This document shows positions 1 to 9,000 of a stretch of 64,000 bases of DNA, one piece after another. A program made the position numbers and the translations under genes. The stretch spans positions 8,301 to 72,300 of the forward strand of contig JAFSTA010000109.1 of NCBI GenBank assembly GCA_017450695.1, given 5' to 3'. Below the pieces are notes generated by a model. The model was not told the origin of the DNA. It saw only the letters and a program-made list of their open reading frames with translations, and did no database searches. Within the stretch, counting starts at the first letter, position 1, and each line of letters opens with the position of its first letter. The stretch comes from Kiritimatiellia bacterium (GTDB lineage Bacteria > Verrucomicrobiota > Kiritimatiellia > RFP12 > UBA1067).

Positions 1-288
1 TTCAAGGACCGCGAGGTGGACAGCGCGAACGAGATCGTCGAGTTCGATTTGCAGGACGTGCGTGATGCGGACATTCTGCTGATCAATTACGACAAGCCTT
101 CCATCGGTACGTCGATGGAGGTTTTCTATGCCTCGCACGATCTGGGCAAGTTCACGATTGCCTTCTCGCAGTTCCCGTTCAAGGAGTGCTCTCCGTGGAT
201 GGTGCGCCACTGCACGAAGATCCTGCCGTCGCTGGAATCCGCCATCAGCTACATCCGCGACAACTTCATCTCCCGTCACGTGGAATAG
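1..288 (+). CDS. 3' end of a nucleoside 2-deoxyribosyltransferase-like protein (partial; continues upstream of the window)
   Basis: Open in frame 1 from the window edge to the stop at 286-288. The motif SIGTSMEVFYA resembles the GT-x-x-E active-site motif of the NDT/Rcl family. Called from the motif only. Confidence 0.35.
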   Translation, partial: FKDREVDSANEIVEFDLQDVRDADILLINYDKPSIGTSMEVFYASHDLGKFTIAFSQFPFKECSPWMVRHCTKILPSLESAISYIRDNFISRHVE

Positions 289-389
289 CGGCGCATTGCG
301 CCGGTATTCCAAGTTCTGAGGTATCGTCGTTTCTGTTCTGCGTCCGCGTATTTCTGCGCGGGGCGTGTGGTTCGCACGGATTGCGTGAC

Positions 390-3131
390 TCAACCGCCGA
401 AGAAGGGGGTGAGGATACGGGCGACGGACACGGGGTCGGATTCGGGCTGGAGAATTTCCTGAAGGATCGCCAGACTTTCTGTCCACAGGGGGGAGAAGCG
501 GTCGGTGAGCGCGTCGCGGACGGTTTGCGGTTCCGGTTGCTTCTTCTCGATCGCCCAGGCTTTCGCCAGCAGGGTGATCGTCTCGCAGAGCGGTTCACGC
601 GCCTCGTCGAAAGCAAGCGCGGTCAGGCAACGGCGTGCTTGCCGGTAGGCCATCGCCGCTTTGCGCCGGAAGGTTTGCACGCGTTCCCGGTCGCTTTCCG
701 GTTTGAGCTTGGGTTTCCCCAGACCGATCTCTCGCAGGTAGAGGGTACGTCCGGTCGTGCGGGCCGGAAAGAGAACACCCGTTGTCACCAGCCGTTTCAT
801 CGCCTCGTAGGCGTCTTGGGAAATCGTTTCGACGATCGGGGCGCGTTCCCCGCGACAGGCACCAAACCAGTCGGCGCGGATTCGATTCGCACAGGCATCC
901 ACCGTACGTTTGTTCTCCTTGCCGGACGTGACGATGAGCAGAACCGGGTTTGCGTGTTCCGGCTGGTAGGATTCACAGGCGATGAGTTTGTCGCCGACCT
1001 GTTGGGAGAGGACGGCGGCGAAACCGAGTTCGGGATCCGTCGTCCGCAGCGAGTCGATTTCAGGCAGGGACTGTTGTGCGGGATGCGGTGCGGGGACAAC
1101 CACGAGTTCGGAAACCTGTTTCAAGAAGGCCTGGCGGTTGCCGACCAGTTTCTGTTCGTCGATTGTCGAGTTTTCATCCAGTACGCCCTGCGCCAGTTCC
1201 CGCTTGCGCGCCAGCACCTCCATCATGCGGGACTCGATGGTGTCCTCGCTGACAAGGTTGATCACGGTCACGTTCCGTACCTGATGTTTCCGCCAGACGC
1301 GGGCGATGCGCTGTTCGAGCTTTGCCGGACTCCACGGCAGGTCGCAGTTGATCACCACGCTTGCCTGTTGCAGGTTCAATCCCAATCCACCCGTGTCGGT
1401 CGAGAGGAAGACGCGGCAGGTTTCGTCGTTCTTGAAACGTTGAATCTCCTCGCCGCGCTTCTGCTGCGGGACGCTTCCCGTGTGCCAGACATATTGCCAT
1501 CCTTCGGCATCGCACTGTTCGCGCACCAGTTGCAGCATCCTCTCCCACTCGGAAAAGACCAGCACCTTGCAGTCGGGGGTGGAAAGGACGCTTTCCATCA
1601 GATGACGCAGCTCATCGAGTTTGGGGCAGACGCGGTTTTGCTCGTCGAGGATGAACGGCGTGTCGCAGATCATGCGCATCATCGCCAGCTCCTGCTGCAG
1701 GATGTCCGATTCCGCCTTGCCCAAAGGGCGTGTCCGCATGGCGCCGAGCAACTGCGCGACACGCTGTTCGTGTACGCTGTACGCGGTACGCTGGGCGGCG
1801 TCCATCGGGACAAAGACAATACGTTCCGAGCGTTCCGGCAATTCCTTTTCGACTTCCTCCTTGCGGCGCCGCAGGATGTAGGGGGAAAGCACGTTGCGCA
1901 GACGCGAGAGGTTCTTGTAGCCGACTGGCTGCCCGGTTGCGTTCAGCTCGTAATACTCGCGGTTGAAGCGGAAGAGCGGACCCAACACCTGCGGGTCAAT
2001 GATCGACATGAGCGAGTAGATGTCATCGATCCTGTTTTCCACCGGCGTTCCCGTCAGGACGAAAGCATACCGCCCGTGCAGGTGCTTGACCGCCTGCGCG
2101 GTTTTGGAATTCCAGTTCTTGATACGCTGCGCCTCGTCGAGGATCACGCAGTCTTGGCCAAGCAAGGCGTTCAAGTCGTCCTCGTCGCGCAACACCTGTT
2201 CGTAATTGACGAGGGTGAAGAACGGCGCGTTCTCGTAGGCGGCGCGACGCATTTCCGCGTCACCGAAAATCAGCTGGTAGGGGAGATCCGTGAAGAGACG
2301 AATCTGCTCCTCCCACTCCGTCTTCAGCGAGGCGGGGGCGACCACCAGGACGCGGTTGACCTTTCCGAGGCGGTGCAGGAGAGCTGCCGCCGCAATCGCC
2401 TGGGCGGTCTTTCCCAGTCCCATTTCATCCGCGAGGATTGCGCGTTCCGTGAACGCGAGGTGGAGCATTCCTTCCCGTTGGTAGGGGAGAAGCGGGACTT
2501 TCGTTTCCTGTACGGGGTAGAGGCCCGAACGCACGTTCCGTTCGTAATCGCGGCGCAGACGGACCCGCTCCTGTTCCAGCTGCCGCCGTTCCAGCCAGGG
2601 ATCGACATCCTGGGAAATGCGGATCTGCGGGCTTTCCGAGTGTTCGAAATCGGCGAGAATCTCCTCGTTCGGAAACTCTTCGAAGGCGACGCCCGTGATG
2701 TCGAAAAGCGTCCGTAGCGGCTGCGGGAGATCCTGGATGTTGCGTTCGATCGCCAGGCGTCCCGTCGCGAGGTCTGGAACCAGATCGATTCGCGTGGATT
2801 TCGTGAGGAAGAGATCGTCGAACTGCTGCCGCAACTGATACAGGACGCGCTCCACATGCTTGCACGTTCCCAGTCCGTTCACGCGGAAATCCACGCAGGT
2901 GCAGGAGCATTGTAGCGGCTTGATCTGGCGGATCTCCACGCGGTAGGACTGGCCGCTGTTGGCGGACTCCACGGCAAAATTCGAGAAGACGGGATGTTCG
3001 GGCGTCAGGTTGCGGACACGCATTTCCTCCCGCGCCGCACGCAACTTCCTGCGCTCGATTTCCTCTTCGTCGGTCGTCCGCCAGCTGGTGACGGGGGGAA
3101 CGAACTGCCTATGTGGAGATTCGGGGGACAT
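390..3131 (-). CDS. SNF2-family DNA/RNA helicase with N-terminal SWIM zinc finger
   Basis: 913 aa. SWIM CxC..CxH signature (CSCTCVDF...CKHVERV). SNF2 ATPase motifs: LLPYQREG, DEMGLGKTAQAIA (Walker A), DEAQRIKN (DExx box), and a helicase C-terminal domain. ATG at 3131. Confidence 0.9.
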   Translation of the reverse strand: MSPESPHRQFVPPVTSWRTTDEEEIERRKLRAAREEMRVRNLTPEHPVFSNFAVESANSGQSYRVEIRQIKPLQCSCTCVDFRVNGLGTCKHVERVLYQLRQQFDDLFLTKSTRIDLVPDLATGRLAIERNIQDLPQPLRTLFDITGVAFEEFPNEEILADFEHSESPQIRISQDVDPWLERRQLEQERVRLRRDYERNVRSGLYPVQETKVPLLPYQREGMLHLAFTERAILADEMGLGKTAQAIAAAALLHRLGKVNRVLVVAPASLKTEWEEQIRLFTDLPYQLIFGDAEMRRAAYENAPFFTLVNYEQVLRDEDDLNALLGQDCVILDEAQRIKNWNSKTAQAVKHLHGRYAFVLTGTPVENRIDDIYSLMSIIDPQVLGPLFRFNREYYELNATGQPVGYKNLSRLRNVLSPYILRRRKEEVEKELPERSERIVFVPMDAAQRTAYSVHEQRVAQLLGAMRTRPLGKAESDILQQELAMMRMICDTPFILDEQNRVCPKLDELRHLMESVLSTPDCKVLVFSEWERMLQLVREQCDAEGWQYVWHTGSVPQQKRGEEIQRFKNDETCRVFLSTDTGGLGLNLQQASVVINCDLPWSPAKLEQRIARVWRKHQVRNVTVINLVSEDTIESRMMEVLARKRELAQGVLDENSTIDEQKLVGNRQAFLKQVSELVVVPAPHPAQQSLPEIDSLRTTDPELGFAAVLSQQVGDKLIACESYQPEHANPVLLIVTSGKENKRTVDACANRIRADWFGACRGERAPIVETISQDAYEAMKRLVTTGVLFPARTTGRTLYLREIGLGKPKLKPESDRERVQTFRRKAAMAYRQARRCLTALAFDEAREPLCETITLLAKAWAIEKKQPEPQTVRDALTDRFSPLWTESLAILQEILQPESDPVSVARILTPFFGG

Positions 3132-3139
3132 CGTGCGGC

Positions 3140-4255
3140 CTACAGTTTGGAGAGCGATTCGCGGATCATGCGCTCCTTCGATTCGATGGATTCACAGAGG
3201 CGGAACTGCACACGCGCGCGGTTCAGGTTCTGTTCCGGGTGCTGCGTCTTGAAGTAGATGTCTCCCGCCAGGTAGTCCTGGAAGAAGCGGAGTCCCAGCT
3301 CGAACGTGATCAGGCGGATCGAGTCGTAGAGGTATTCGCGGTCCGCGTCGGTCATAAACTGCCGCGCCTGACGGAGGTATCCCTTGCAGAAAGACTCGAA
3401 GAGGTTCATGTCGAAAACGACCTTGGAGAGGTTGGTCTCCTCTTCGCCCGCGTGGTTGCAGATGGAACGAAGCGCGTCGCCGAAGTCGTAGTGTACCAGT
3501 CCCGGTCCCACGGTATCGAGGTCGATCATCGCGGTACCCTTTCCGGTGAAGTTGTCGATCATGATGTTGTTCACCTTCGGGTCGCCGTGCATCATGCGCA
3601 GTTTCAGTTCACCCCGATCCAACGCCTGCTGCAGCGTGTACGCGAACTCGCGGCGTTCGTTGATGAACATCTCCATCCGTCGCACTTCCGTCGAGGCCCG
3701 CAGCAAGTCCTTTGCGCGGGAACTGTTCTCCACCGTCTCGTCATACTGCCGCAGGTAACGAGGCGTCACGTGGAATCCGGGAATCGGTTCCACCATCTGC
3801 TGTGTCGGCAGGTCGGAGACGAGCCAGTGGAAGTGGCCGAGAACCGCGCCGCATTCCAGCGCGTGTTCCGTACCCTGCGCCGAGTCGAACGCCGTTGCCG
3901 ACGGGATTTTGGTAATGACGCGCCAAAGCTGTCCGTCCTCATCGGTGTAGAAGTCCTTCTTGTCCTTCGTCTGGACGATCATCGGCATCTGCCACACGCG
4001 GTCCGCGGTCTGCTTCTCCTCTTCCGCCAACAGTTTCGGATGCGCGTGGACGGTGAGACGGCGCAGGTTGCGCATGATCGCCTCCGGTTCGGGGAAGACC
4101 TTGCGGTTGATCTTCTGCAGGATCACCTGATGTTCGTCGAAGGTATTCCGGAAAATCGCGTTGAAGGTGTCGTTCACGTTGCCGCTGCCGACCGGGTTGA
4201 GGACCACGAGGCAGCCGGGGACATCGAAGAGGTTGATCAGAAGGGATAGTTCCAT
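3140..4255 (-). CDS. APH-fold (aminoglycoside phosphotransferase family) small-molecule kinase, N-acetylhexosamine-1-kinase-like
   Basis: 371 aa. Brenner motif HGDPKVNNIM and Mg-binding IDLDTV...YDFGD. The subfamily (NahK-like) is a recollection, not a computed match. Its stop lies 8 nt before the SNF2 start. Confidence 0.6.
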   Translation of the reverse strand: MELSLLINLFDVPGCLVVLNPVGSGNVNDTFNAIFRNTFDEHQVILQKINRKVFPEPEAIMRNLRRLTVHAHPKLLAEEEKQTADRVWQMPMIVQTKDKKDFYTDEDGQLWRVITKIPSATAFDSAQGTEHALECGAVLGHFHWLVSDLPTQQMVEPIPGFHVTPRYLRQYDETVENSSRAKDLLRASTEVRRMEMFINERREFAYTLQQALDRGELKLRMMHGDPKVNNIMIDNFTGKGTAMIDLDTVGPGLVHYDFGDALRSICNHAGEEETNLSKVVFDMNLFESFCKGYLRQARQFMTDADREYLYDSIRLITFELGLRFFQDYLAGDIYFKTQHPEQNLNRARVQFRLCESIESKERMIRESLSKL

Positions 4256-4800
4256 TTTGTGGAAACCTTTGTTTTCAGCAGTCTGTCATCGACCAGGACA
4301 ACAGAGGGGTGATCGGAAAGTTTCGCCAGATGCTCCGAAACGGTCAGCGGGTCATCGGGGAAGTGGAAGGACGGCTTGATATCCGCGAGCGGTTGCAGGA
4401 CAAACCTCCGGGTGAGCGCGCGGGGATGCGGGAGGGTCAATTCTTCCGTCTCCATGCGGACGTCGCCGAAGATGATGATGTCAATATCCAGTGTGCGCGG
4501 CGAATTGGGCGTGTCCCCGCGAACCCTCCCCGCCTCGTGTTCGATGCGGTGGATGAAGTCCGAAAACTCCTGTACGGAAAGATCCGTTTCGCACACGACA
4601 ACTTCGTTGAAGTACTGGGCCTTCGAAAATTCCGGCAGCACATCGACCGGCTCCGTCTTGTACACGGGGGAGACTGCCGTCACCTCCGTGTGCGGATGCG
4701 CCGAAAGGATGCGGACGGCGAACGCCAGCCATGCCGAGCGGTCTCCCTGGTTGCTTCCCAGGGAGAGGATCACTTCTGTCTTCTCTTCTTCTTCTTTCAT
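4237..4800 (-). CDS. folK: 2-amino-4-hydroxy-6-hydroxymethyldihydropteridine pyrophosphokinase (HPPK)
   Basis: 187 aa. Hallmark N-terminus VILSLGSNQGDR, plus LDIDII and PHPR motifs. Overlaps the downstream kinase gene by 19 nt. Confidence 0.9.
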   Translation of the reverse strand: MKEEEEKTEVILSLGSNQGDRSAWLAFAVRILSAHPHTEVTAVSPVYKTEPVDVLPEFSKAQYFNEVVVCETDLSVQEFSDFIHRIEHEAGRVRGDTPNSPRTLDIDIIIFGDVRMETEELTLPHPRALTRRFVLQPLADIKPSFHFPDDPLTVSEHLAKLSDHPSVVLVDDRLLKTKVSTKWNYPF

Positions 4801-4822
4801 CTCCAGCCTACCGCCTGACAGG

Positions 4823-5608
4823 TTACGCGAAGCCCAACACGTGTTTCATGTTGTACAGTCCGGGTTCCTTGCCTTGGAGCCACCCGGCGGCGCGGAGTGC
4901 GCCTTTCGCGAAGGTGTCGCGACTGGACGCCTTGTGCGTGATCTCCACGCGCTCTTCATCCGCCAGGAACATCACCGTGTGGTCGCCGACCACCGATCCG
5001 CCGCGCAGCGCGTGGATTCCGATTTCCCCGACGGGGCGTTCGCCGACGATTCCCTTGCGTCCGTAGCAGGCCACGTCATCGAGCTTGACCTGCCGCCCTT
5101 CGGCAGCGGCCTCCGCCAGCATCAGCGCGGTTCCGCTCGGCGCATCTTTCTTCAGCCGGTGGTGCGCTTCAGTGATCTCGATGTCGTAGTCCGGTCCCAA
5201 GATGGAGGCGGAACGCTTCACCAGCTCCAGCAACAGGTTCACGCCGGTACTCATGTTGGAACTCCAGACCACGGGGATCGTCTTCGTCGCATTGAACACC
5301 GCTTGTTTCTCCTCGTCCGACAGTCCGGTCGTCCCGAGGACGTACGCCTGACGGTTGGCGACCGCATGGGCGAGATTCGCCGGTACCCCCGCATGGAAGG
5401 AGAAATCAATGACGACATCCGCCTCCTTCGACCACTCGGCGGTGTACGTCAGCGGGCGCGGCAGCCCTTCGATCTTCACCGGTTGTCCGATCAGCGGAAG
5501 GTCGGGACGCTCGACGGCGGCGACCACCTCGCAGTTCTCCATTGTCGTGGAACAACGCATCAACGCCTGCCCCATGCGCCCGGCGGCGCCCAGAATCAGC
5601 AACTTCAT
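4823..5608 (-). CDS. dapB: 4-hydroxy-tetrahydrodipicolinate reductase
   Basis: 261 aa. MKLLILGAAGRMGQ NAD(P)-binding N-terminus. Conserved EAHHRLKKDAPSGTAL motif. Strong RBS ACGGAGGAA before the ATG. Confidence 0.95.
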   Translation of the reverse strand: MKLLILGAAGRMGQALMRCSTTMENCEVVAAVERPDLPLIGQPVKIEGLPRPLTYTAEWSKEADVVIDFSFHAGVPANLAHAVANRQAYVLGTTGLSDEEKQAVFNATKTIPVVWSSNMSTGVNLLLELVKRSASILGPDYDIEITEAHHRLKKDAPSGTALMLAEAAAEGRQVKLDDVACYGRKGIVGERPVGEIGIHALRGGSVVGDHTVMFLADEERVEITHKASSRDTFAKGALRAAGWLQGKEPGLYNMKHVLGFA

Positions 5609-5618
5609 GTTTCCTCCG

Positions 5619-6488
5619 TTAAATCAGTTTGTAGTCTGTCAACGTTTTCGCGAGACGCGCGCGAATCTCTTCAGCCGGTTCGCAGAGCGGCAGCCGGAAT
5701 GTCGGTCCGATGCGCTTCATCATCGACAACGCGGTCTTGGCGCAGATCGGGTTGGTGTCCAGGAAGAGATCGTGGAAGAGCCGGTAGTATTTGTGGTGCA
5801 TGTCCCGTGCGGCGACGAGATCATTCGCCAGCGCAAGCCGGATGAACTCCGAGAATTCGCGCGGAATCACGTTCGAGGCGACGCTGATCACGCCGCTCGC
5901 TCCCACGCTGATCATCGGCAGCGCCAGACTGTCGTCGCCGGAAAGCACCGTCAGTTCGCAGCAGTCGCGAATCGCGCTGACGCGCTCCACGCTGCCAGCG
6001 GCCTCTTTGATGGCGACGACTTTCGGATGCCGGGCGAGACGCTGTACGACATGCAGCGGGATTTCCTTCCCCGACCGTCCGGGCACGTTGTAGAGTACGA
6101 CCGGAACGCCCACGTCGGCGACCGTCGAGAAATGACGGTATAGCCCTTCGGCGTTCGGTTTGTTGTAGTAGGGGGTCACCTGCAGCGAGGCATCGACACC
6201 CATTCCGACGATCTGGCGTGTCAGCTCCACCGCCTCAGCCGTCGAGTTCGCGCCGGTCCCGGCGATCACCTGGACGCGCCCCTTGGCCTGTTCGACCGTC
6301 GTCACGATCACCTTTAGGTGCTCGCCCACGTCCAGCGTGGGCGATTCGCCGGAGGTCCCGACTGGAACCAGCCCCTCCACCCCGTTCTCGATCTGCCAGT
6401 CGATGAAATCCCGCAACGCGGGGTAATCCACACTCCCGTCCGTATTGAACGGGGTTACCATTGCCGTGAAAGTACCTGTAAGTGTCAT
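5619..6488 (-). CDS. dapA: 4-hydroxy-tetrahydrodipicolinate synthase
   Basis: 289 aa. MVTPF...GTSGES N-terminus and class I aldolase fold motifs. 10 nt upstream of dapB. Confidence 0.92.
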   Translation of the reverse strand: MTLTGTFTAMVTPFNTDGSVDYPALRDFIDWQIENGVEGLVPVGTSGESPTLDVGEHLKVIVTTVEQAKGRVQVIAGTGANSTAEAVELTRQIVGMGVDASLQVTPYYNKPNAEGLYRHFSTVADVGVPVVLYNVPGRSGKEIPLHVVQRLARHPKVVAIKEAAGSVERVSAIRDCCELTVLSGDDSLALPMISVGASGVISVASNVIPREFSEFIRLALANDLVAARDMHHKYYRLFHDLFLDTNPICAKTALSMMKRIGPTFRLPLCEPAEEIRARLAKTLTDYKLI

Positions 6489-6823
6489 AAAGTGCCCCTC
6501 AAAGTCACGCCCGATAGTATCCTAGATTTTCCCTTTCTGGTCAATCCCATTTTCACCGAGATTCCTCGGGCACTTCGCGCCAGTTGCGTAGCGACGGCGC
6601 CCTCGCCGTCGGCTTTCGGGGAAGCGGGGAGGCAGGTAAGTGGCGGCTACGCCGCCTACGTGTCCCTACGGGCCTAAATGCGGCTGGCGTCCCTAAGTTG
6701 ACTTGGCCGCTGAGAAGCGTGTTGAGCCTGGTAAGCGTGTCAACCCGGACAGGCGCGTGTCGCATGTCGCTTGTCTCACGCAGAATGGGAGGGGGCGCCC
6801 CGTCGCGTCCGTAATGCTGCCCG

Positions 6824-7789
6824 CTAGACGATCCGATCTCCCCACAGCGGCATGACGGCTTTGCCGCCCGCCTCCTCGACGGCGGCGACCGCGCGTTTCC
6901 CGTCGGCGAACGACCAGCGCCAACGGTTGCGCGCGTGCCCCAGTTCCTGCAGGTGGGCGATCACTGTCAACTTCGGCGCGAACTTCTTCACGCCGTCGGC
7001 GGCTTTCAATCCGCAGTACGGATGGACGATCCAGAGATCCGGCGTTTTTTGTGGCGTCAGTTTCGCGATGTTCGCCGAGTCGCCGGTGTGGAAGATTGTG
7101 TAGTCGCCGACCGTGACCTCGAACGGCATGGTGAAGTCCACGAGGTAACCGTTATGGTCGGAGAGGGAGGTTTGGATCTGCACATCGCGGAATCGGAAGG
7201 CTTTCGGACCGTGCGTGTATCCGCCCGGATGTTTCTTCGCGAAATAGGCACCGTAGTTGTCGGCGAAATTCGACACTACCGTCTTCTGTTCCTTCCCGTT
7301 CATCGCCTGGTAGAAACGCTGGGTGAAGTGGTCGCCGTGGTTGTGGGTAATCAATGCGAAATCCAGAACGGGTGCCAGCCGTTCCGCGAGACGGTGGTGC
7401 AGGTCGATAGAGAAAAACGACTGCGGCGTCTTGACCAGCACGCCCATGTTGTAGATGAACCAGACGGCGGGCTTGTCGGTGACAACGGTATCCTTCGCCT
7501 CGGCGACCGCCTTCTCGAACGCCGCGTCGTACCGCTTCAGTCCCGGAAATTCGGCATACGCCTTGTCCCGCGCCGCGTCCGGCAACTCTACGCCGGGAAG
7601 GTCGAAGTCACGATAGATTCCCGGAGTGATGGCGTCCAGCTCCTTTTGGAAGTCAGCGAGTCCGTCAGTTGGCGTGCCCGTTTCTTCCGCCCACGATGCA
7701 CCGGCGAACGCGGCCGCTGCGGTGACGCCCAAGAAAGTCTTCCTCGTCATGGGTTCGGGGTTCCCGAACGCTGTTTCATTCCTCTCCAT
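6824..7789 (-). CDS. Exported metallo-beta-lactamase-fold hydrolase
   Basis: HxHxDH motif (ITHNHGDHF). N-terminal TRKTFLG..AAAAFAGASWA signal (TAT-like with RK). Start placed at ATG 7789, preceded by AAGGAGG; the ORF track extends to 7828. Confidence 0.7.
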   Translation of the reverse strand: MERNETAFGNPEPMTRKTFLGVTAAAAFAGASWAEETGTPTDGLADFQKELDAITPGIYRDFDLPGVELPDAARDKAYAEFPGLKRYDAAFEKAVAEAKDTVVTDKPAVWFIYNMGVLVKTPQSFFSIDLHHRLAERLAPVLDFALITHNHGDHFTQRFYQAMNGKEQKTVVSNFADNYGAYFAKKHPGGYTHGPKAFRFRDVQIQTSLSDHNGYLVDFTMPFEVTVGDYTIFHTGDSANIAKLTPQKTPDLWIVHPYCGLKAADGVKKFAPKLTVIAHLQELGHARNRWRWSFADGKRAVAAVEEAGGKAVMPLWGDRIV

Positions 7790-7972
7790 GTTTCCTCCTT
7801 TTCGTCGGGCTTTCCCTTCCCGAACCAAGACGCATCCAGCGTATCCTTTTTACCGACTCCTGTCCATTCGAAACTGGGCGACGCTTTCGGCGCGGGTGGG
7901 AAGTTGCCAAGAAAGCGGCGGGGTTTTGTGCCCGCGCATTTTTGCGTGGGTCCCACCCGCTATCCCTGCCGG

Positions 7973-8791
7973 CTACATTCTCGACAACCCTCTCAAAAAC
8001 GCGATGCTCGCCTCCACATCCGCGTAGGTGTCGCATCGCGTTTCGCACTCTACGATCGCCCACTTCGTGCCGGACGCGGCGGCCGTCACGAAGATCCGGT
8101 TCCAGTCGTTGGCGTCCCCCTCTCCGCCGACGGAGCTGCCGCCGGCGGGTTTGGCGTGGATTGACGGGACGCGTCCCCGGAGGCGTTCCAGCCAGCGCAC
8201 GGGATCGTCGTCCGCCAGTTTCACGTGTCCCACATCGAGTTCCATGTCGAGTCCCGCCTCGAACAAGTACTCCAGCGGTGATTTGTTGTCGAAGCGTTCC
8301 CGCAACTCGTGTGGATGGTTGTGGTATCCCACGCGGATGCCGTAGGGTTTGAACTTTTCGCGCAACGCCACCAGTTCGTCCGCGTGTTTCCGCCACTCCG
8401 CGCCCGTGGGAAATTTCGCATACGGCTCGTACACGAAATGGATTTGGAAGCGTTGGCAGAACTCGACGAATTTGTGGAACGAGTCCGGAGCCACCGTCTT
8501 CATGTAGAACGGCATATCGATGATTCGCAGGCCGTTGTCGGCCAGCATCTTTTCCAGTTCATCGTGATTCATATCGAGGAATCCGAAGGACTGCACCCCG
8601 TCATAGCCGAGCGTCTTCAGTCGGTGAAACGCATCGGCCGGATTCTTTTTCCACAGGTCATGGATGCTCCACATCTGCACGCCGATGCGGATGCCCTGCA
8701 CCGATAGCGGCTTTCCGCCGTCCGATGTTGTCGTACACCCAGCCAGCATCGCCAGCATGGTCGATTTCACAAACTCACGCCTTGTTTTCAT
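7973..8791 (-). CDS. Sugar phosphate isomerase/epimerase (xylose isomerase-like TIM barrel) lipoprotein
   Basis: 272 aa. TRREFVK twin-arginine motif plus LAGC lipobox. TIM-barrel AP-endonuclease-2/xylose-isomerase-like family features (GYDGVQ, HAKP...). Confidence 0.7.
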   Translation of the reverse strand: MKTRREFVKSTMLAMLAGCTTTSDGGKPLSVQGIRIGVQMWSIHDLWKKNPADAFHRLKTLGYDGVQSFGFLDMNHDELEKMLADNGLRIIDMPFYMKTVAPDSFHKFVEFCQRFQIHFVYEPYAKFPTGAEWRKHADELVALREKFKPYGIRVGYHNHPHELRERFDNKSPLEYLFEAGLDMELDVGHVKLADDDPVRWLERLRGRVPSIHAKPAGGSSVGGEGDANDWNRIFVTAAASGTKWAIVECETRCDTYADVEASIAFLRGLSRM

Positions 8792-8949
8792 CGTTTCCCT
8801 TTCGGATGTTGAACCTGCCTTGAGATCGAACGGGGTTCAGCATAAACCATCCCATGCCCGAATACAATGACGGAACGAAATTGACACTTGGTGAAGCGAC
8901 GCTCGTGTCTCTTTTGCGACGGGGACGCGCCGCGTCGCAAAATCAGGTT

Positions 8950-8979
8950 TTGACAGGCGGTTTTGTTTTCGTGTACAAT
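8950..8979 (+). promoter_or_regulatory. Near-consensus sigma70 promoter (TTGACA, 18-nt spacer, TACAAT) upstream of the Gfo/Idh/MocA gene; adjacent palindrome TTGCGACG-n11-CGTCGCAA at ~8913-8939
   Basis: -35 TTGACA at 8950-8955, -10 TACAAT at 8974-8979. It sits in a divergent intergenic region. Confidence 0.45.
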
Positions 8980-9000
8980 GGAAAGCGTTTTGAAGAAAGG

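Noticed and set aside
186-2717. 843-aa + strand ORF
   Set aside because: It is exactly antisense to the well-supported SNF2 helicase gene. Its translation is a Gly/Arg/Leu-rich GC-frame artefact with no motifs.
3113-4249. 378-aa + strand ORF antisense to the APH-fold kinase
   Set aside because: It is a shadow ORF of the high-GC coding region. The minus-strand product has clear kinase motifs.
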